Assembly (NCBI GenBank): GCA_964035545.1
Contig: OZ037765.1
Location: forward strand, 10,674,698-10,738,697
Direction of reading: 5' to 3'
DNA from: Bugula neritina
Lineage: Eukaryota; Animalia; Bryozoa
Length of the DNA: 64,000 bases
Shown here: piece by piece, positions 61,701 through 64,000 of the stretch
How the letters are laid out: every line of letters begins with the position of its first letter
Position numbering within the stretch: position 1 is the first letter of the stretch
Notes under the pieces: generated by a model
The model's database searches: none
What the model saw: only the letters and a program-made list of their open reading frames with translations
Told to the model about the DNA's origin: nothing
Program-made: the position numbers and the translations under genes

Positions 61701-63866
61701 GGCGAAAACCATGAAGCCACCACTAATATTATGACAACACAGTCATTCAAACTTAAATTAAACTAGCAAAAAATATCAGGCTTCTCAGAGTATGTAGTTT
61801 GGGTAAACTAACTGATTGACCAAAACCCAACAACCCAAAATATCAATAAAAAACAGTCCAAACCATCAGAACAGTAAAGTTTAGAGCAATGATAAATTAA
61901 TTACTAGTTTTATTTTAAAGCGCAAGTTATTTAAAAAAAATTATAACAGTTTATCATTATAATCAGCATAGTTTAATTGTAAATAAATAAATAATTCAAT
62001 ACAAGACATAATGGTGATTTTTTATTGTGATTACATGCTACTTACAAAAGAGATACTGGAATTAATCATGTTCCCATGTCTTTTTTCCGTTAATATTAAT
62101 AATGCATCATTGTGATAACAGTTTTTATTAAGCCATAACAATAAAATAAGTTTATTTTAAGGTTCTCCTACATTTTGCTTTTTGTATTTTATTTTATAAC
62201 CTAGAAAATCTAGTTCAAAGTTTTCTGGTGTTTTTGCCAAAATTGACACAGCTAGAAAAAAAACCCACAATCTTTTGTTAAGAATTACATTCTAAATCAG
62301 CTGTGCCACCCTGAGACTTTAACCGAAAATAAACATACATACTATAATTTGATAAACTATTGTGGTGGTTTGTAGAGTTATCCCCTCATTATATATAATT
62401 TTATCTTTATTCGCACGCCTGTAATTTATGACTGCTCGCCCTTCAGTTTTGTTTTATTCTTGTTTCACTTATGTGAATCGGTCGCGACTGAAGTTCGGAT
62501 TGTCGGTCGCCCGACTGACCGAATGTCAGTCATTCGGAACTCTGACATTCTGAACTTCGGCCGACGATCGGTTGAAAAGCTTCTGGAACAGGCCATGGTA
62601 GTAGTATAAAAGGAGGCGAGTTTTAAACAGTAAGTCAGTTAAAGATTAAAGCTCTTACTGGAAGGTACTAATATATTATAATAAATCTCACTTTATTCAT
62701 ACTACACAAGATTCTCTCATCTTTTACTACTCACAAGGAGTTATGGTCTCTGCCTGATTTCATTCAAAACCCACAAGTTACTACACTACTAGTCATTTAA
62801 GGCCAAAATTAAATGCCTGACCAATCATTTGTTTATATAAATACATAATCATTGGTATGGTCACTATATTTGATTTTTTTTTCCTTTTGGTTTTAGCTCA
62901 TTTGCTAACATTAAAAAAAGACATGGGTTTCCTTGGCATTTATATTTTTGATGACTAAAATAATCCTCAATAATAATTGTGATTAGTTTGTCACAGCAAT
63001 AGCAATGATTAAATGAATGATAATCATTGTTAGTATTAGTGCTATTGACTGTGAAAAAATTGAAATACATCAAAATGTTACTCTAATAGTAATATTTATA
63101 GTATCAACGTAATTCAAACATGAAATTAGTCTGATATTTAATCTTATAGGTACAATAATAATATTAGTTATACTTATAACTTCAACTATAAGTTTTAGTT
63201 ATACTTTAGGTTCAGCTGTAATAATATTATTTTTTAGACAGTAACTGAACGTAATACTAAATCTAAGAGCTATAAGTATAGAACTTATCAGCCATAAGTT
63301 ACGACACTAACAGCAACGCAGTATAGTTATATTTATAACTACTAAACTAGGAGTATAAGTTTCCTATACTGAGTATCAGTATAACTATAAATAGGGGATT
63401 AACTCTAAGGCAAATTTAACTTAAAGCAGTGGTAGTACTGAAGTAAAGTGAGTAATTCCAACATAGTTTTATACTTATACTTATAGGTAATCTTATACTT
63501 ACAGTTATAACATTAATAATAATATTAATAATAGTTATAATAATAATATTAATCATATTTATAATAATTTAATATATAACTATTACTAATAGTAATACTA
63601 ATACAGTGAGTAGTACTAATACTAATACTAATACTATTACTAATAGTAATACTAATAGTATTAGTACTACTCACTGTATTAGTATTACTATTAAGTATTA
63701 GTGTTTGCAGCCGCAATGTTTCCCATCTAAATCACTTACTTTCTACAAAATCTTTACATTCTTCTTTAAGTTCTGTTGTTTGTTGAAACACCTCTGGTTC
63801 AAGAACCTTTATTGTATTCAACTCATCAAAGTGAAGACCAGCTTGAGCCAAAGCTTCGTCAGCCAT
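58726..63866 (-). CDS. IFT20: Intraflagellar transport protein 20, 4 coding exons, 132 aa
   Basis: Exons 63866-63740, 59286-59201, 59073-58970 and 58807-58726 total 399 nt. They encode [121 protein letters not shown]. Confidence 0.96.
59622..60397. mobile_element. Non-autonomous DNA transposon with TTAA target-site duplication (Kolobok-like)
   Basis: TTAA-AGGATTGCTCTATCTT ... AAGATAGAGCAATCCT-TTAA: perfect 16-bp terminal inverted repeats starting AGG. No transposase ORF. Confidence 0.8.
60847..61095 (+). CDS. Putative nested antisense microprotein (82 aa) with an N-terminal myristoylation/palmitoylation motif
   Basis: GCTATGG start context. Sequence is MGSCCCKD.., hydrophilic, with RKS and RRS motifs and an acidic tail [12 protein letters not shown]. 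It lies in IFT20 intron 1 on the opposite strand. Confidence 0.55.
   Translation: MGSCCCKDVDATNYQRENRKSLINPSIDMAKYDKRWQHRRSTVSEKLSKLLIFQKQKNSIGPVPHLPGKLDDEENEPVEPED
62361..62785 (+). mobile_element. Solo LTR (about 425 bp)
   Basis: TGT...ACA termini with weak inverted ends. Flanks are ctat/ctac (4-bp duplication with one mismatch). Internal TATAAAAGG near 62605 and AATAAA near 62680. CpG-rich relative to the flanks. Confidence 0.65.
63587..63693. repeat. Perfect 38-bp inverted repeat with 31-nt spacer near the IFT20 exon 1 donor
   Basis: TAATAGTAATACTAATACAGTGAGTAGTACTAATACTA at 63587-63624 and its exact reverse complement at 63656-63693. Confidence 0.9.
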
Positions 63867-64000
63867 GTTGTTACTAGGAATGCAACAGCTGCAATCTGCA
63901 GTATCCGTTTGAAAATATTTGTAGGCTAGAGTTTTAAATCTGCCAAGTTGTTAGGCTATTTTTCGGGGCGGGGATTTCCTTTTATATAACCAGACTCGGT

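Noticed and set aside
1-64000. Prokaryotic-type systems (CRISPR arrays, operons, defence islands), rRNA and intact tRNA genes
   Set aside because: The window is spliceosomal-intron-containing animal DNA. No repeat-spacer array, rRNA or intact tRNA was seen.

Overview
AT-rich, intron-rich animal genomic DNA, probably a lophotrochozoan invertebrate (inferred from the myosin gene architecture). It holds five conserved multi-exon genes: INTS10 (+, 1073-9791), a divergent GABA-B2-like class C GPCR (-, 18480-10373), a MEI1 orthologue (-, 34605 to about 20.7 kb), a muscle myosin heavy chain (+, 39476-57982) and IFT20 (-, 63866-58726). The myosin locus is the richest part. It has four pairs of mutually exclusive exons (P-loop/loop 1, post-switch-I segment, post-loop-2 helix, S2 hinge), alternative tailpiece exons, and an internal 142-codon first exon that would give a headless catchin/myorod-like rod protein. 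Its inter-exon introns show branch-point and RNA-hairpin arrangements that could enforce mutual exclusivity. IFT20 intron 1 contains a TTAA-flanked Kolobok-like element, a solo LTR, a 38-bp perfect inverted repeat and an antisense 82-aa ORF starting MGSCCC. Degenerate 6-bp-periodic sequence recurs near gene 5' ends. Gene identities come from recalled protein-family similarity, not from database searches.
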